Position numbers and translations under genes: made by a program
Shown: piece after piece, positions 23,531 through 36,200 of the stretch
How the letters are laid out: every line of letters begins with the position of its first letter
How positions within the stretch are numbered: position 1 is the stretch's first letter
The notes under the pieces: generated by a model
What the model saw: only the letters and a program-made list of their open reading frames with translations
Told to the model about the DNA's origin: nothing
The model's database searches: none
Origin: Veleropilina oligotropha
Taxonomy: Eukaryota
Length of the DNA stretch: 64,000 nt
Reading direction: 5' to 3'
Assembly: GCA_048128005.1 (NCBI GenBank)
Contig: JBEUKZ010000054.1
Coordinates: forward strand, 806,001 to 870,000

Positions 23531-23826
23531 CACGATTACCCACCCTGCTTCGCATTCCTCCCCTCTACTAAGTTCCTTTGGGGTTCTGAACTTTGAATTG
23601 AGGTCTTGTGACTTCGATGGTTCGGAAGTCTCGCGAGACTTGGCGAGATCTCGCTGGGGAACTTAGGAGAGCGGGAGCAGGGGAGGTAATCGTGGTACGT
23701 TTTGACTTATAAAGAGTGCATAATGTGACTTATTCACTGTTTCCGGTTAGCGATAATATTACTATTATGGCAAGAGTAAGGACGTAAGTATGTTTTAACT
23801 AATATTAGGTTTACCTTAAAACCTCA

Positions 23827-24144
23827 TTTATCCTGGGTATGTAGTGCTCATTTATCCTGGGTATGTAGTGCTCGTTTATCCTGGGTATGTAGTGCTCGTT
23901 TATCCTGGGTATGTAGTGCTCGTTTATCCTGGGTATGTAGTGCTCGTTTATCCTGGGTATGTAGTGCTCGTTTATCCTGGGTATGTAGTGCTCGTTTATC
24001 CTGGGTATGTAGTGCTCGTTTATCCTGGGTATGTAGTGCTCGTTTATCCTGGGTATGTAGTGCTCGTTTATCCTGGGTATGTAGTGCTCGTTTATCCTGG
24101 GTATGTAGTGCTCGTTTATCCTGGGCATGTAGTTCTCGTTTATC
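23827..24144. repeat. 24-bp minisatellite, right part
   Basis: Same unit as 15195-16432, resuming in register after the DIRS element. Confidence 0.95.
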
Positions 24145-24165
24145 AAGATATGCTTTATTTGTTAG

Positions 24166-24268
24166 GCATGCCCATCCGGTCAAGTACCAAATCCTGCTCA
24201 GACCGCCTGTGTCCAGTGCTTGGCTGGAGAATACCAGTCTACTACGTCCTGCGTCACATGTCCGATAG
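24166..24268 (+). CDS. Exon 3, Cys-rich repeat protein
   Basis: ttgttag|ACPSGQVPNPAQTACVQCLAGEYQSTTSCVTCPI(G)|gtaag; phase 0 to 1. Confidence 0.9.
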
Positions 24269-24973
24269 GTAAGATGCATAGATAAGTACATTTTTACCTA
24301 AAAGCATCACTTCTCAAGGTAAGAGATTGACGCATGTATGAACAATTGGTGGAAAGATTTCATCTGCCATACATCGCAAGAGAATACTCAATTATTTATT
24401 TGGACATCAGGCCAATGCGTAGCAGTTAATGAGCTCTAGCTGTCAATCTTGCTTTTTCAATTAACATGCATGTAAGTATAAATATTCATTGGTTTTCCGA
24501 CACTGATTTGTGCATGTTATTTTTCAAGCAAAATGTTTATGCACAATAAAAGCATAGCGTTTTCGATGTCTTCTTTTATGACATCATCATTATCACGAGA
24601 CACTATCGGTAGATTAACTCCTTCATCAATACCACGACTCATCCAGCGTGTCTGGCAGTAACAACACCAGATATATTTTGATACATCTTGCCGATCAATT
24701 CTCTGTTACGTAAAATGGAATGGAATGTAGTGAATGTACATTTGAGTGTGACTTTTTGTTGAATGGCACATGACACTTTCTAGACCAGGTAAACCTAAAA
24801 AATGTCACAAAATGTGCCTATGTGTCCTTGTTGTTCATTCATCGCTTCAAGTGCGCTGCTACAGAGATTCATTAATGGACTGAAAAATAGTTAGTACGTT
24901 GTCTGGTGTAAGAACTCTGATGTAAGAATTATCTTTGTCACCTTTTTCAATATTAACCTATAGCTAGTCATTA

Positions 24974-25719
24974 GGCCCATTCGAGTGGTAAATTCCGTTG
25001 AATACGGAATTGGATGCGCAGTAGTCAAAAACGAAAAATTACCACCCGAATGGAAATTGTTGACAGCAATAATGGCCGATGAAGCCAGTTGGTGGCATTT
25101 CATTTGCTACTTTGAATAAATTGCAACATGGATGCAATTATGATGACTTCAGTGTAATTCGCTACACAATTTTATTAATGCACAACTCGTTACAAGGCCG
25201 CACCTGTATCTGATTGGATAAGAGCACGAATTCTGAATTCATTCGTTCGACTACTCGTTCGATCCTAACCAAAACAACTCGTTAAAAGGTAACATATAAT
25301 TCGGTAAAAATCCCATATTGTTTTCTTTTTATTTAATTTGGTCCATATAATTAAACTATTTTCCTCAAATTTAGATACACGTAATTTTATCGTTTTAACT
25401 GTTATAGCTTCTCGCTACAACACTGGTGATCGGACTGTGTTTATTTCAAACGGGAATATGTCACCGGAATACGCCGAGTGATTTTCGTGACCAATATTTT
25501 ATGGAATTTGCAACATATTTGATATGAGATTGCCTAATTGACATATATCGTTATACCTTTTGAAACTCTTTGACTGAAGAGTGTTATTTTAACTTATTTG
25601 ATGCACAAAATGTTCCGTTGAGTTGCGTACTCAACCAAACTTCGCGTCATGACCAGTCGAATACAAATTGTGCTTGACAGTTGGCATGTATTCAATGGAA
25701 AGTACCACTCGAATGGGCC
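24974..25719. mobile_element. MITE with ~32-bp TIRs (Harbinger- or Tc1-like)
   Basis: GGCCCATTCGAGTGGTA...TACCACTCGAATGGGCC flanked by TA on both sides. Confidence 0.75.
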
Positions 25720-25815
25720 TATTAATTCATTTTTTTACCATTATCATTAAATATAAGGTTCTTCTTGGACATTTAACATTTTGCAAATAATGATGCCATA
25801 CTTTGAATTTTTCAG

Positions 25816-26010
25816 GATCCAAATGCCCGAATAATGGTTTGTCCGCTCACATCCCCTGCCCATCGGGCGAGTACCAGGTATCGTCTGGAGGTACGATCTG
25901 TGTCCAGTGTCCAGCTGGGAGCGAGTGCTCGGACTCCACGGTGGCCAGTCTGTGCCCTGCAGGGCAGTATTCAGCCGCCGGAGCTGTCAGCTGCACAGTC
26001 TGCTCCACAG
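25816..26010 (+). CDS. Exon 4, Cys-rich repeat protein
   Basis: ttttcag|SKCPNNGLSAHIPCPSGEYQ...CPAGQYSAAGAVSCTVCST|gtaac. Confidence 0.92.
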
Positions 26011-26093
26011 GTAACCGCTGGGAGGTTTTGATTGGACAATTCTCTATGTCTGTTACTTCAAAGGCTGTTTTCATGGTAATAGAACTGGGTTGC

Positions 26094-27194
26094 ACATAGC
26101 TGGGGATGGGTGGCACAGTGTATAGGTTACCCTATACACATTATAGCTGGGGGTGGGTGGCACAGCTGGGGTGGGTGACACAGTGTATAGGTTACCCATA
26201 CATATTATACCTGGGGGTGGGTGTCACAGTGTATAGGTTACCCCATACATATTATAGCTGGGGGTGGGTGGCACAGTGAATAGGTTACCCCATACATATT
26301 ATAGCTGGGGGTGGGTGGCACAGCGTATAGGTTACCCCATACATATTATAGCTGGGGGTGGGTGGTACAGTGTATAGGTTACCCCATACATATTATAGCT
26401 TGGGGTGGGTGGCACAGTGCATAGGTTACCCCATGCATATTATATCTGGGGGTGGGTGGTACAGTGTATAGGTTACCCCATACATATTATAGCTGGGGGT
26501 GTGCGGCACAGTGTATAGGTTACCCGATACATATTATAGCTGGGATGGGTGGCACAGTGTATAGGTTACCCCATACATATTATAGCTGGGGGTGGGTGGC
26601 ACAGCATATAGGTTACCCCATACATATTATAGCTGGGGGTGGGTGGTACAGTGTATAGGTTACCCCATACATATTATAGCTTGGGGTGGGTGGCACAGTG
26701 TATAGGTTACCCCATGCATATTATATCTGGGGGTGGGTGGTACAGTGTATAGCTTACCCCATACATATTATAGCTGGGGGTGTGTGGCACAGTGTATAGG
26801 TTACCCCATACATATTATAGCTGGGGTGGGTGGCACAGTGTATAGGTTACCCCATACATATTATAGCTGGGGGTGGGAGGCACAGTGTATAGGTTGCCCC
26901 ATACATATTATAGCTGGGGGTGGGTGGCACAGCATATAGGTTACCTATACATATTATAGCTGGGGGTGGGTGGCACAGCGTATAGGTTACCCCATACATA
27001 TTATACCGGGGGATGGGTGGCACAGCGTATAGGTTACCCCATACATATTATAGCTGGGGGTGGGTGGCACAGTGTATAGGTTACCCCATGCATATTATAA
27101 CTGAGGGTGGGTGGCACAGTGTATAGGTTACCCATACATATTATAGCTGGGGGTGGGTGGCACAGTGTATAGGTTACTCCATACATATTATAGC
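26094..27194. repeat. 47-bp G-rich minisatellite, ~23 copies
   Basis: Unit ATAGCTGGGGGTGGGTGGCACAGTGTATAGGTTACCCCATACATATT. Confidence 0.95.
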
Positions 27195-27698
27195 AGATTT
27201 TATGAGAAGGAGGATTTACATCACTCGATATACTTGTCCCCGTGTTAAACTTTATTACGGCCGTGTAGAATATGCTGATCTTTTAAATTAGTAAAATGTA
27301 TTATGTTGTAATAGCGTTGGAAGGATGTGTGCACTGATATCAATGTTGTTCTCAGATGGCAAATATTGAAGGATGTATAAATACAGTTATCAAAATATCG
27401 ATTTTTTTATATACACATATTATGTACCTTTATAGATTTGTGTGAAATTATGGATAGTTTGTCTTTTTGAATAAAAATATTGAAATTCCTGTCAAACTAT
27501 TAAGTAAGATAATAAGAGGCACTATTCAGTTTTCCATATATTTATGAAATCTGAGTCGTTTGTATGCCTGATCCAGGGTATTAATATTATTATAGTTATA
27601 TTTATGAAGTCTGAGTCATTTGTTCATCTGCTCTAAGGTATTACAGCAGATAGCATGTTGTCTTATATTTATGAAGTCTAATACTCCGTTTACATGCA

Positions 27699-28760
27699 GG
27701 CCGCTTCGGTAGCGCAGTGGGTAGAGTGTCCACTCTAAATTCACTGGCTTGTTTCCGCTGACGCGAACAGTAGTGGGATCGACCCCGGCTGAGGCAGCAC
27801 ACATTTGTTCAAGTCATGAAGCACAGTTGTCCGTGAATGGCCGAAGAGGGCGGGTTTACCCGGCAACCGGGGTTTCCTCCCGCGATAACACGGACATGTC
27901 CTGCCTTGAACCTCGATGTTATAAATATACAGGACATTAACAGAGTGTCCAACCATCCCGATCTCGGCGGGATTATCCCGATTTGGCCAGGGGCATCCCT
28001 CTTCCCGACGCGTATACTGTCGGGATGGAAATATCCCGATATTTGAGATCTTGCTAAGTAATTGCAAAAAATTATATTTACTGTTGTTTTCCTGAACGAT
28101 ATAAAACGTATCACGTACATAAATGAAGACATATTTGGATATTAATATGGCGCAGGTGCTACGTAACTATCTGCAGAGGCACGTAATTATTGTAGTTGAC
28201 GGCACTGGCCAATCGACGCAAATCAGAAATAAGCGCGAAATCGATCATGGCGACGAATGGCTTGCTCCCGATTCAGTCCACGGACTTCACCGAAGGCGAG
28301 AGCAGACGGTGCGGTATCGTTAGCGAGCCTAAAGCAGCGCTTATTCTCATTGTAAACGAGAGTGCTTCACTTAAGTGACTTCATTTTTTTATTTAAAACA
28401 AGGACACAGTCGCGTTTTCGAAGATCTGCCAAATAATATTGATCAATACATTTATTTTCGAATCAAGGAATAATTGTCCCGGATATCTTTTATAAAAATC
28501 GCATCGTTTAGATGGGTATTTTGGGCTCTTTCATAAAGTGAATTGCCTTCAGGAAACGTCGGAATTGACGTTTCAGAGCTTCCTCATTTAAAAAATTTCC
28601 GGGGGGGCATGCCCCCGGACCCCCCTAGTAAACTCGCGCCTTCGGCGCTCGGCTTCGCGCCTTCGGCGCTCGGGTTCGCGCCTTCGGCGCTCCAGTCCCG
28701 ATTTCGGTAAGCGTTTAGGTTGGACACTCTGCATTAAGCATAATTCTCCCCCCCCCCCCT
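27699..28760 (+). mobile_element. SINE family B inserted in the Harbinger left TIR, itself interrupted by a MITE
   Basis: GGCCGCTTCGGTAGCGCAGTGGGTAGAG head; TSD TTTACATGC at 27689 and 28761. Confidence 0.85.
27941..28731. mobile_element. hAT-like MITE, 14-bp TIR, 6-bp TSD
   Basis: CAGAGTGTCCAACC...GGTTGGACACTCTG; CATTAA duplicated at 27935-27940 and 28732-28737. Confidence 0.85.
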
Positions 28761-29026
28761 TTTACATGCCACGATTTGCTCCTGTATGTATAATTGCATA
28801 GGGAGTATATATACACACAGGTGTAAAAGTATATTTACTATGCGTTCACATGATAAAATATGCGCGTAAGTATTTTTATATCAGTTGTGACTTTTCCTCT
28901 GACGAGCACACTTCTCTAGTCGTCATGAACAGACTTCTCGTAGAAAAAATACGGCGGGAATACAGCTACCTATTAAGTGCAGGACTCTCAATTGGTTTAT
29001 TAAGAGCCTGAAGATGTTGGCAAAAA

Positions 29027-30073
29027 GTGCGCTCACAGGATTGGTGGACAAATATTGTTCAAAGGACATTCAATACTGAAGACTGGATAGAAAATTTTCG
29101 AATGACGAAAGAAACATTTGACTTTATTTGCACGGAATTATATCCTGCCCTGAGGAGTGACAAGATTCCTGTCAGATATCCTATTGATATAAACCATAAG
29201 ATTGCAATAACCATATATTGGCTAGCTACTTCATCGGAATATAGAACGGTTGGAAACCTGTTTGGAGTCGCAGAATCGACTGTATGCAAATGTGTTAGAG
29301 AAGTATGTAATGCTTTGGTCGACGTGTTGATGCCGAATTATGTGAAGATTCCTGAAGCGGATTCCTTAACAAGAGTTATTGACGGCTTTGAAGAAGTTTG
29401 TGGATTTCCGAATTGCGCAGGAGCAATAGACGGAAATCATATTCCAATCATTGGTCCGTCAGAAGCACATGGAGATTATCTGAACCGTAAAGGGTGGTAT
29501 TCCGTAATCCTACAAGCTGTTTGTCATTACAAATATATATTCACAAATATAATGGTTGGTTGGCTTGGCAGGGTTCATGACGCAAGGGTATTTGGTAACT
29601 CTGAAGTTTATCACAAACGAGAAACAAATACCCTATTTCCTGAGAGGACCAATATGATTGTGACCACAAATAAAGAGATCAAGATGCCCATTGTGCTGTT
29701 GGGAGATGCTGCTTACCCACTCAAGTCATGGCTATTGAAGCCATACACTAACCAAGCTAACCTCACTGCGTCTCAAAAAGAATTCAATTATAGACTGAGT
29801 CGTGCAAGAATGACCATAGAAAATGCATTTGATCGCCTGAAGGGGAGATGGCGCTGTCTTCAAAAGAGACTAGATGTATCTGTCGAGTTTGTCAGTACTG
29901 TTGTTGCAGCATATGTAGTCCTACACAATATTTGCGAGCTGCGACGTGAAATTGTTCCTGATGTGTTTGTTGAAGGAGGTCATGATGATAATGAAAATGT
30001 CAATATTGAAGAAGCAGAGAAGAATGCTAAAACACTGCGAAATTACTTGTCCATTTATTTTGCATCTGCTTAA
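29027..30073 (+). CDS. Harbinger/HARBI1-like DDE transposase (probably decayed at the 5' end)
   Basis: FRMTKETFDFI, YRTVGNLFGVAESTV (HTH), GAIDGNHIPI, HDARVF, LLGDAAYPL, RMTIENAF.RLKGRWRCL, LHNIC. Confidence 0.9.
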   Translation: MRSQDWWTNIVQRTFNTEDWIENFRMTKETFDFICTELYPALRSDKIPVRYPIDINHKIAITIYWLATSSEYRTVGNLFGVAESTVCKCVREVCNALVDVLMPNYVKIPEADSLTRVIDGFEEVCGFPNCAGAIDGNHIPIIGPSEAHGDYLNRKGWYSVILQAVCHYKYIFTNIMVGWLGRVHDARVFGNSEVYHKRETNTLFPERTNMIVTTNKEIKMPIVLLGDAAYPLKSWLLKPYTNQANLTASQKEFNYRLSRARMTIENAFDRLKGRWRCLQKRLDVSVEFVSTVVAAYVVLHNICELRREIVPDVFVEGGHDDNENVNIEEAEKNAKTLRNYLSIYFASA

Positions 30074-30661
30074 TTCGGACATCGCACCAGTGGCGGACAA
30101 TGACAGAACATTTAATTTATGCAAGTTTAAACCTGTTAACCTGTTTGTAGTTATCAATTACGGTTTCCCAGATAAGTTATCCAGGCTTTCCTGTGTCAAT
30201 AGAATCGACGTCTCATATGACCTAGGCTCTTAACGGGACAGTAAATTGAATTACATAAAATTAATCCAATAAACAATGATAACTGCTGAATATACTAATG
30301 ACTTCTATTAAATAATGTTTGGGCCAATATGGTTTTAATAAAAAAAATTCAACAATTTATATTTTGACATTTTATTTGCTCAGTAACAACCAGTAATTAT
30401 GCCCACAGACTGCACGAATCCTTCACATTTTAAGCAACATTACTATATCACATTATTCGTAGAGTTATTGGTCAGTTTTCAATATTTATTAGCTCATTAT
30501 TAGCGATTGCAATATTCTATATCAAACATAAAAGCATTGTGATGATAATAATGATCAAATGAATATTTTAGATAATTTCGGCATAATAATTAGCATTAAT
30601 TATACATGTAAATTATAGCTTATTATACATTTTATAATATACTGAATTGTATCCGTGACAC

Positions 30662-31678
30662 CTACAAGTCATAGTAAAATGATTCAGAACTATGGTATCT
30701 ATCTTGATCAGTAGTGTCTGAACCCTTGTTTTCCGAGGACTGTATTGGCGTGCTCGTGAACGGAGTTTGTTGTGCGGTCGTCCACGATCCTCCGTGGCCC
30801 ACGGGAGGTCCTTGCGAATTTTGTGGTGAACTTTACCTTCCCAGTATCATCTGCATTATTCGAAATTGGTGGTCTCTCTCTTCTCTCTTCTGTCGCTCCT
30901 CCACATCGATTCGGTGTCTCTCAACTTAAAGTTTCTGCTTCTCTGTATTGGCTTTCAGACTTTCGACTTTCATTAGCATACTTTCAAAATTGTTATTACT
31001 CTCTTTATAGCTTGCCATAACAGTTCCCAATGCAGTTTCAAGTTTAGATTTCTTAGCGTTCTTTCCTGTACGTTTTCTGTCAATTTGTTTTTCATCCTTC
31101 TTGTCATTTGATTCTGTCTGTTTGTTGTTGGCACATTTATCTTGCGATATATCGATCTCCACTTCTGTACCAATGCTACTCTCATCATTACCATCATCAT
31201 CACATTCCTCTTCTACATCTTGAGGAAGTGGTGTGAAATGTTCGTCTGGATCATCATTGCTTACTTCAGAATCAGTCTCGGAATTTTGGAGCGTTTTGTC
31301 TCTGTTTCGTTTCACAACAGTGCTTGTGGTTTCGATTATTTTCACCGGTGACGTTGCAGGTCTGTTTCCCAAAATATCATTAAGTTTAGCATAGAATTTG
31401 CACAAAATTCGCCCTGTGCCACTTGTATTCATCTTCTTCTTACAGTCTCTGAAAGATCTCTTTAGTGTGTGCATTCTGATCTTGCACTGAACATGTGATC
31501 TATCATAGCCATGCTTACTTAATTCCGAAGAAATCATCTTGTAAATTGACCCATTGTTTTTCTTTGGGTCATCCAGCTGATCATCTACATCTACATTCTC
31601 TTCACACCAAATACTGAGCAAACATTCAGTTTCCTCGTCGGACCACGCAGAACCCCTTGTCTTTTTACTTCCAGGCAT
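30662..31678 (-). CDS. Harbinger Myb/SANT (trihelix) DNA-binding protein; frameshift near 30950
   Basis: MPGSKKTRGSAWSDEETECLLSIW...YKMISSELSKHGYDRSHVQCKIRMHTLKRSFR; acidic linker; coiled-coil tail continues in another frame to ...FYYDL*. Confidence 0.8.
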
Positions 31679-32346
31679 TTTCAGATAGAATTGTTGGTTA
31701 ATATTAACTGAATTGTGCAGTGAAAATATAGCACCTCTCTGCAGTGAGTTATAATGCTGCAACTAACTATTATTAGATGTTTCTACAACAGCTTCCTGTC
31801 TATATCGATCAGTGATGCAACGCGTGTCTATTTTTAGAACATTTACACCTGTGTGTAAAAGTATATCTACTTTTGCACGACCTCCAGAGGTAGTGCAAAT
31901 ATACTCCAGGAGAAAATTAGCACACGTAAGCAAATGCATTTACATGACGATATACTTACCGGGAGTAATTATACTTATGTATGTATAATATATACTCACG
32001 TATGTAAATACGGCCATGTAAACAGGGTATTAGTCGTTTGTCTGCCTAATCCAGAGTATTAATTACAGCAGATAACATGTTGTCTTATTATTATAGTTAT
32101 AATTATGAAGTCCGAGTCGTTTATTCATCTGTTTTAGGTTATTACAGCGGATAGCATATTGTCTTATAATTTTTAAGTCACCTGAGTCGTTTGTCTGCCT
32201 AATCCAGGGTATTAATTACAGCAGATAACATGTATGTTGTTATATTTATGATATCTGTGTCATTTGTTACCTGTTCCAGGGTATTACAGCAGATAGCATG
32301 TTGTCTTATATGTATTTTGTCTGAGTCGTTTGTCCGCCTGTTCCAG

Positions 32347-32685
32347 GTTATTACAGCGGGTCCGGTGATTCTTCCTGCCAGCAATGCTTGGCGGGATCTT
32401 CCTGTACTCCGACGGCTCAATCGCCGTGCGGCGTGGGGAAATACAGCGCTGACGGAGCGGTGACCTGCACGACGTGTTCGGCCGGGTATCAGTGCGCGTC
32501 CGCGACCTCGACATCGCAGGCCATATGTCCGGCCGGCTCGTATTCAGCTAGCGGGGCTAGCAGCTGTTCAGCGTGTCCAGTCGGTAACCAATGTCCAACA
32601 TCTGGAACAGTGACCCCTGTAGCATGTCCGGATGGAACATATGCGGATAGCGCCGGAGCGACAAGCTGTACTGCATGTCCGGAAG
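32347..32685 (+). CDS. Exon 5, Cys-rich repeat protein
   Basis: ttccag|YYSGSGDSSCQQCLAGSSC...CPAGSYSASGASSCSACPVG...CTACPE|gtaat. Confidence 0.92.
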
Positions 32686-33055
32686 GTAATTGCCTGGCTT
32701 GATGGAAGTCGATAAAAAATAACTTCTTGAAACTGTTCTCCATACAATGAAGGGGAGAGAGCAGATATACATGTAGTAAGCCTACCAAAACCAGTGTATT
32801 TCAAGGTTTTCCTTTCCTAGCTATTTTGGATTTACTTGATATTGACTAACATGGATTACCGTTGCAGTGGGAACAAATCATCTGGTTGAAGGCACAAAAG
32901 TATATGCTTATTTCCTTATTTAATAATAATTAAGGAATCTCCAGGGTCGAACTAATTACGTCAGGCAAATAAAATCATTTAAGGTTTTGTTCTTGAGGCA
33001 TTTTCCTAATTAATAAACCAGAATACAGAATATTATCATGTTTTTCTGTTCCTAG

Positions 33056-33113
33056 GTCAAAGTTGTATCGATCCTACTGTGACACCAGTTAACTGTCCAG
33101 CTGGACAATATAG
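33056..33113 (+). CDS. Exon 6, Cys-rich repeat protein
   Basis: ttcctag|QSCIDPTVTPVNCPAGQY(S)|gtag; phase 1 to 2. Confidence 0.88.
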
Positions 33114-33211
33114 GTAGATATTTTGTCTTTTCTGGAGTCTATCTCATAAACTACCCTATACAATGACACAACTTTATGATACTTGGTGATTGTGTATTCC
33201 ATCCAATACTG

Positions 33212-36200
33212 TATTATCTATTTCTCCAGTGCCTGATTGTATGCTTGCTCCATCATATATTCTCTGTTTCTCCAGTGCCTGATTGCATGCATGCTCCATC
33301 ATATATCCCCTGTTCCTCTAGTGCCTGATTGTATGCTTGCTCCATCATATATTCTCTGTTTCTCCAGTGCCTGATTGCATGCATGCTCCATCATATATCC
33401 CCTGTTCCTCTAGTGCCTGATTGTATGCTTGCTCCATCATATATCCCCTGTTCCTCTAGTGCCTGATTGTATGCTTGCTCCATCATATATTCTCTGTTTC
33501 TCCAGTGCATGATTGCATGCATGCTCCATCATATATCCCCTGTTCCTCTAGTGCCTGATTGTATGCTTGCTCCATCATATATTCTCTGTTTCTCCAGTGC
33601 CTGATTGTATGCTTGCTCCATCATATGTTCTCTGTTTCTCCAGTGCCTGATTGTATGCTTGCTCCATCATATATTCTCTGTTTCTCCAGTGCCTGATTGT
33701 ATGCTTGCTCCATCATATATTATCTATTTCTCCAGTGCCTGATTGTATGCTTGCTCCATCATATATTCTCTGTTTCTCCAGTGCCTGATTGTATGCTTGC
33801 TCCATCATATATTATCTATTTCTCCAGTGCCTGATTGTATGCTTGCTCCATCATATATTATCTGTTTCTCTATGGCCTGATTGTATGCTTGCTCCATCAT
33901 ATATTCTCTGTTTCTCCAGTGCATGATTGCATGCATGCTCCGTCATATATCCCCTGTTCCTCTAGTGCCTGATTGTATGCTTGCTCCATCATATATCCCC
34001 TGTTCCTCTAGTGCCTGATTGTATGCTTGCTCCATCATATATTCTCTGTTTCTCTATGGCCTGATTGTATGCTTGCTCCATCATATATTCTCTGTTTCTC
34101 CATGGCCTGATTGTATGCATGCTCCATCATATATCCCCTGTTCCTCTAGTGCCTGATTGTATGCTTGCTCCATCATATATTCTCTGTTTCTTCATGGCCT
34201 GATTGCATGCATGCTCCGTCATATATCCCCTGTTCCTCTAGTGCCTGATTGTATGCTTGCTCCATCATATATCCCCTGTTCCTCTAGTGCCTGATTGTAT
34301 GCTTGCTCCATCATATATTCTCTGTTTCTCCAGTGCCTGATTGTATGCTTGCTCCATCATATATTCTCTGTTTCTCCAGTGCCTGATTGCATGCATGCTC
34401 CATCATATATCCCCTGTTCCTCTAGTGCCTGATTGTATGCTTGCTCCATCATATATTCTCTGTTTCTCCAGTGCATGATTGCATGCATGCTCCGTCATAT
34501 ATCCCCTGTTCCTCTAGTGCCTGATTGTATGCTTGCTCCATCATATATTCTCTGTTTCTCCAGTGCATGATTGCATGCATGCTCCATCATATATCCCCTG
34601 TTCCTCTAGTGCCTGATTGCATGCTTGCTCCATCATATATCCCTTGTTCCTCTAGTGCCTGATTGTATGCTTGCTCCATCATATATTCTCTGTTTCTCCA
34701 GTGCATGATTGCATGCATGCTCCGTCATATATCCCCTGTTCCTCTAGTGCCTGATTGTATGCTTGCTTCATCATAGATTCTCTGTTCCTCTAGTGCCTGA
34801 TTGTATGCTTGCTCCATCATATATTCTCTGTTTCTCCATGGCCTGATTGTATGCTTGCTCCATCATATATTCTCTGTTTCTCCATGGCCTGATTGTATGC
34901 TTGCTCCATCATATATCCCTTGTTCCTCTAGTGCCTGATTGTATGCTTGCTCCATCATATTTTCTCTGTTTCTCCATGGCCTGATTGTATGCTTGCTCCA
35001 TCATATATCCCTTGTTCCTCTAGTGCCTGATTGCATGCTTGCTCCATCATATATTCTCTGTTTCTCCAGTGCATGATTGCATGCATGCTCCATCATATAT
35101 CCCCTGTTCCTCTAGTGCCTGATTGTATGCTTGCTCCATCATATATTCTCTGTTTCTCCAGTGCATGATTGCATGCATGCTCCATCATATATCCCCTGTT
35201 CCTCTAGTGCCTGATTGTATGCTTGCTCCATCATATATCCCCTGTTCCTCTAGTGCCTGATTTTATGCTTGCTCCATCATATATTCTCTGTTTCTCCAGT
35301 GCCTGATTGTATGCATGCTCCATCATATATTTATTTCTCCATGGCCTGATTGCATGCATGCTTCATCATATATCCCCTGTTCCTCTAGTGCATGATTGCA
35401 TGCTTGCTCCATCATAGATTCTCTGTTCCTCTAGTGCCTGATTGTATGCATGCTCCATCATATATTCTCTGTTTCTCCAGTGCCTGATTGCATGCATGCT
35501 CCATCATATATCCCCTGTTCCTCTAGTGCCTGATTGTATGCTTGCTCCATCATATATCCCCTGTTCCTCTAGTGCCTGATTGCATGCTTGCTCCATCATA
35601 TATCCCCTGTTCCTCTAGTGCCTGATTGTATGCTTGCTCCATCATATATTCTCTGTTTCTCCAGTGCATGATTGCATGCATGCTCCATCATATATCCCCT
35701 GTTCCTCTAGTGCCTGATTGTATGCTTGCTCCATCATATATTCTCTGTTTCTCCATGGCCTGATTGTATGCTTGCTCCATCATATATTCTCTGTTTCTCC
35801 ATGGCCTGATTGTATGCTTGCTCCATCATATATCCCCTGTTCCTCTAGTGCCTGATTGTATGCTTGCTCCATCATATATTCTCTGTTTCTCCAGTGCCTG
35901 ATTGTATGCTTGCTCCATCATATATTCTCTGTTTCTCCAGTGCATGATTGCATGCACGCTCCATCATATATCCCCTGTTCCTCTAGTGCCTGATTGTATG
36001 CTTGCTCCATCATATATTCTCTGTTTCTCCAGTGCCTGATTGTATGCATGCTCCATCATATATTTGTTTCTCCATGGCCTGATTGCATGCATGCTCCATC
36101 ATATATCCCCTGTTCCTCTAGTGCCTGATTGTATGCTTGCTCCATCATATATTCTCTGTTTCTCCATGGCCTGATTGTATGCTTGCTCCATCATATATTC

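Larger units (their letters stand above)
16433..23826 (+). mobile_element. DIRS1-like tyrosine-recombinase retrotransposon, copy 1 (full length, young)
   Basis: Left ITR 16433-16651 is inverted to right ITR 23589-23826 (near identical); ICR 23438-23530 is complementary to both ends; gag, RT/RNaseH/MT and YR ORFs; no TSD. Confidence 0.96.
27681..32030. mobile_element. PIF/Harbinger-superfamily DNA transposon with two convergent genes
   Basis: TIRs ATACTCCGTTTACATG / CATGTAAACAGGGTAT; DDE nuclease on +, Myb/SANT protein on -. Confidence 0.88.
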
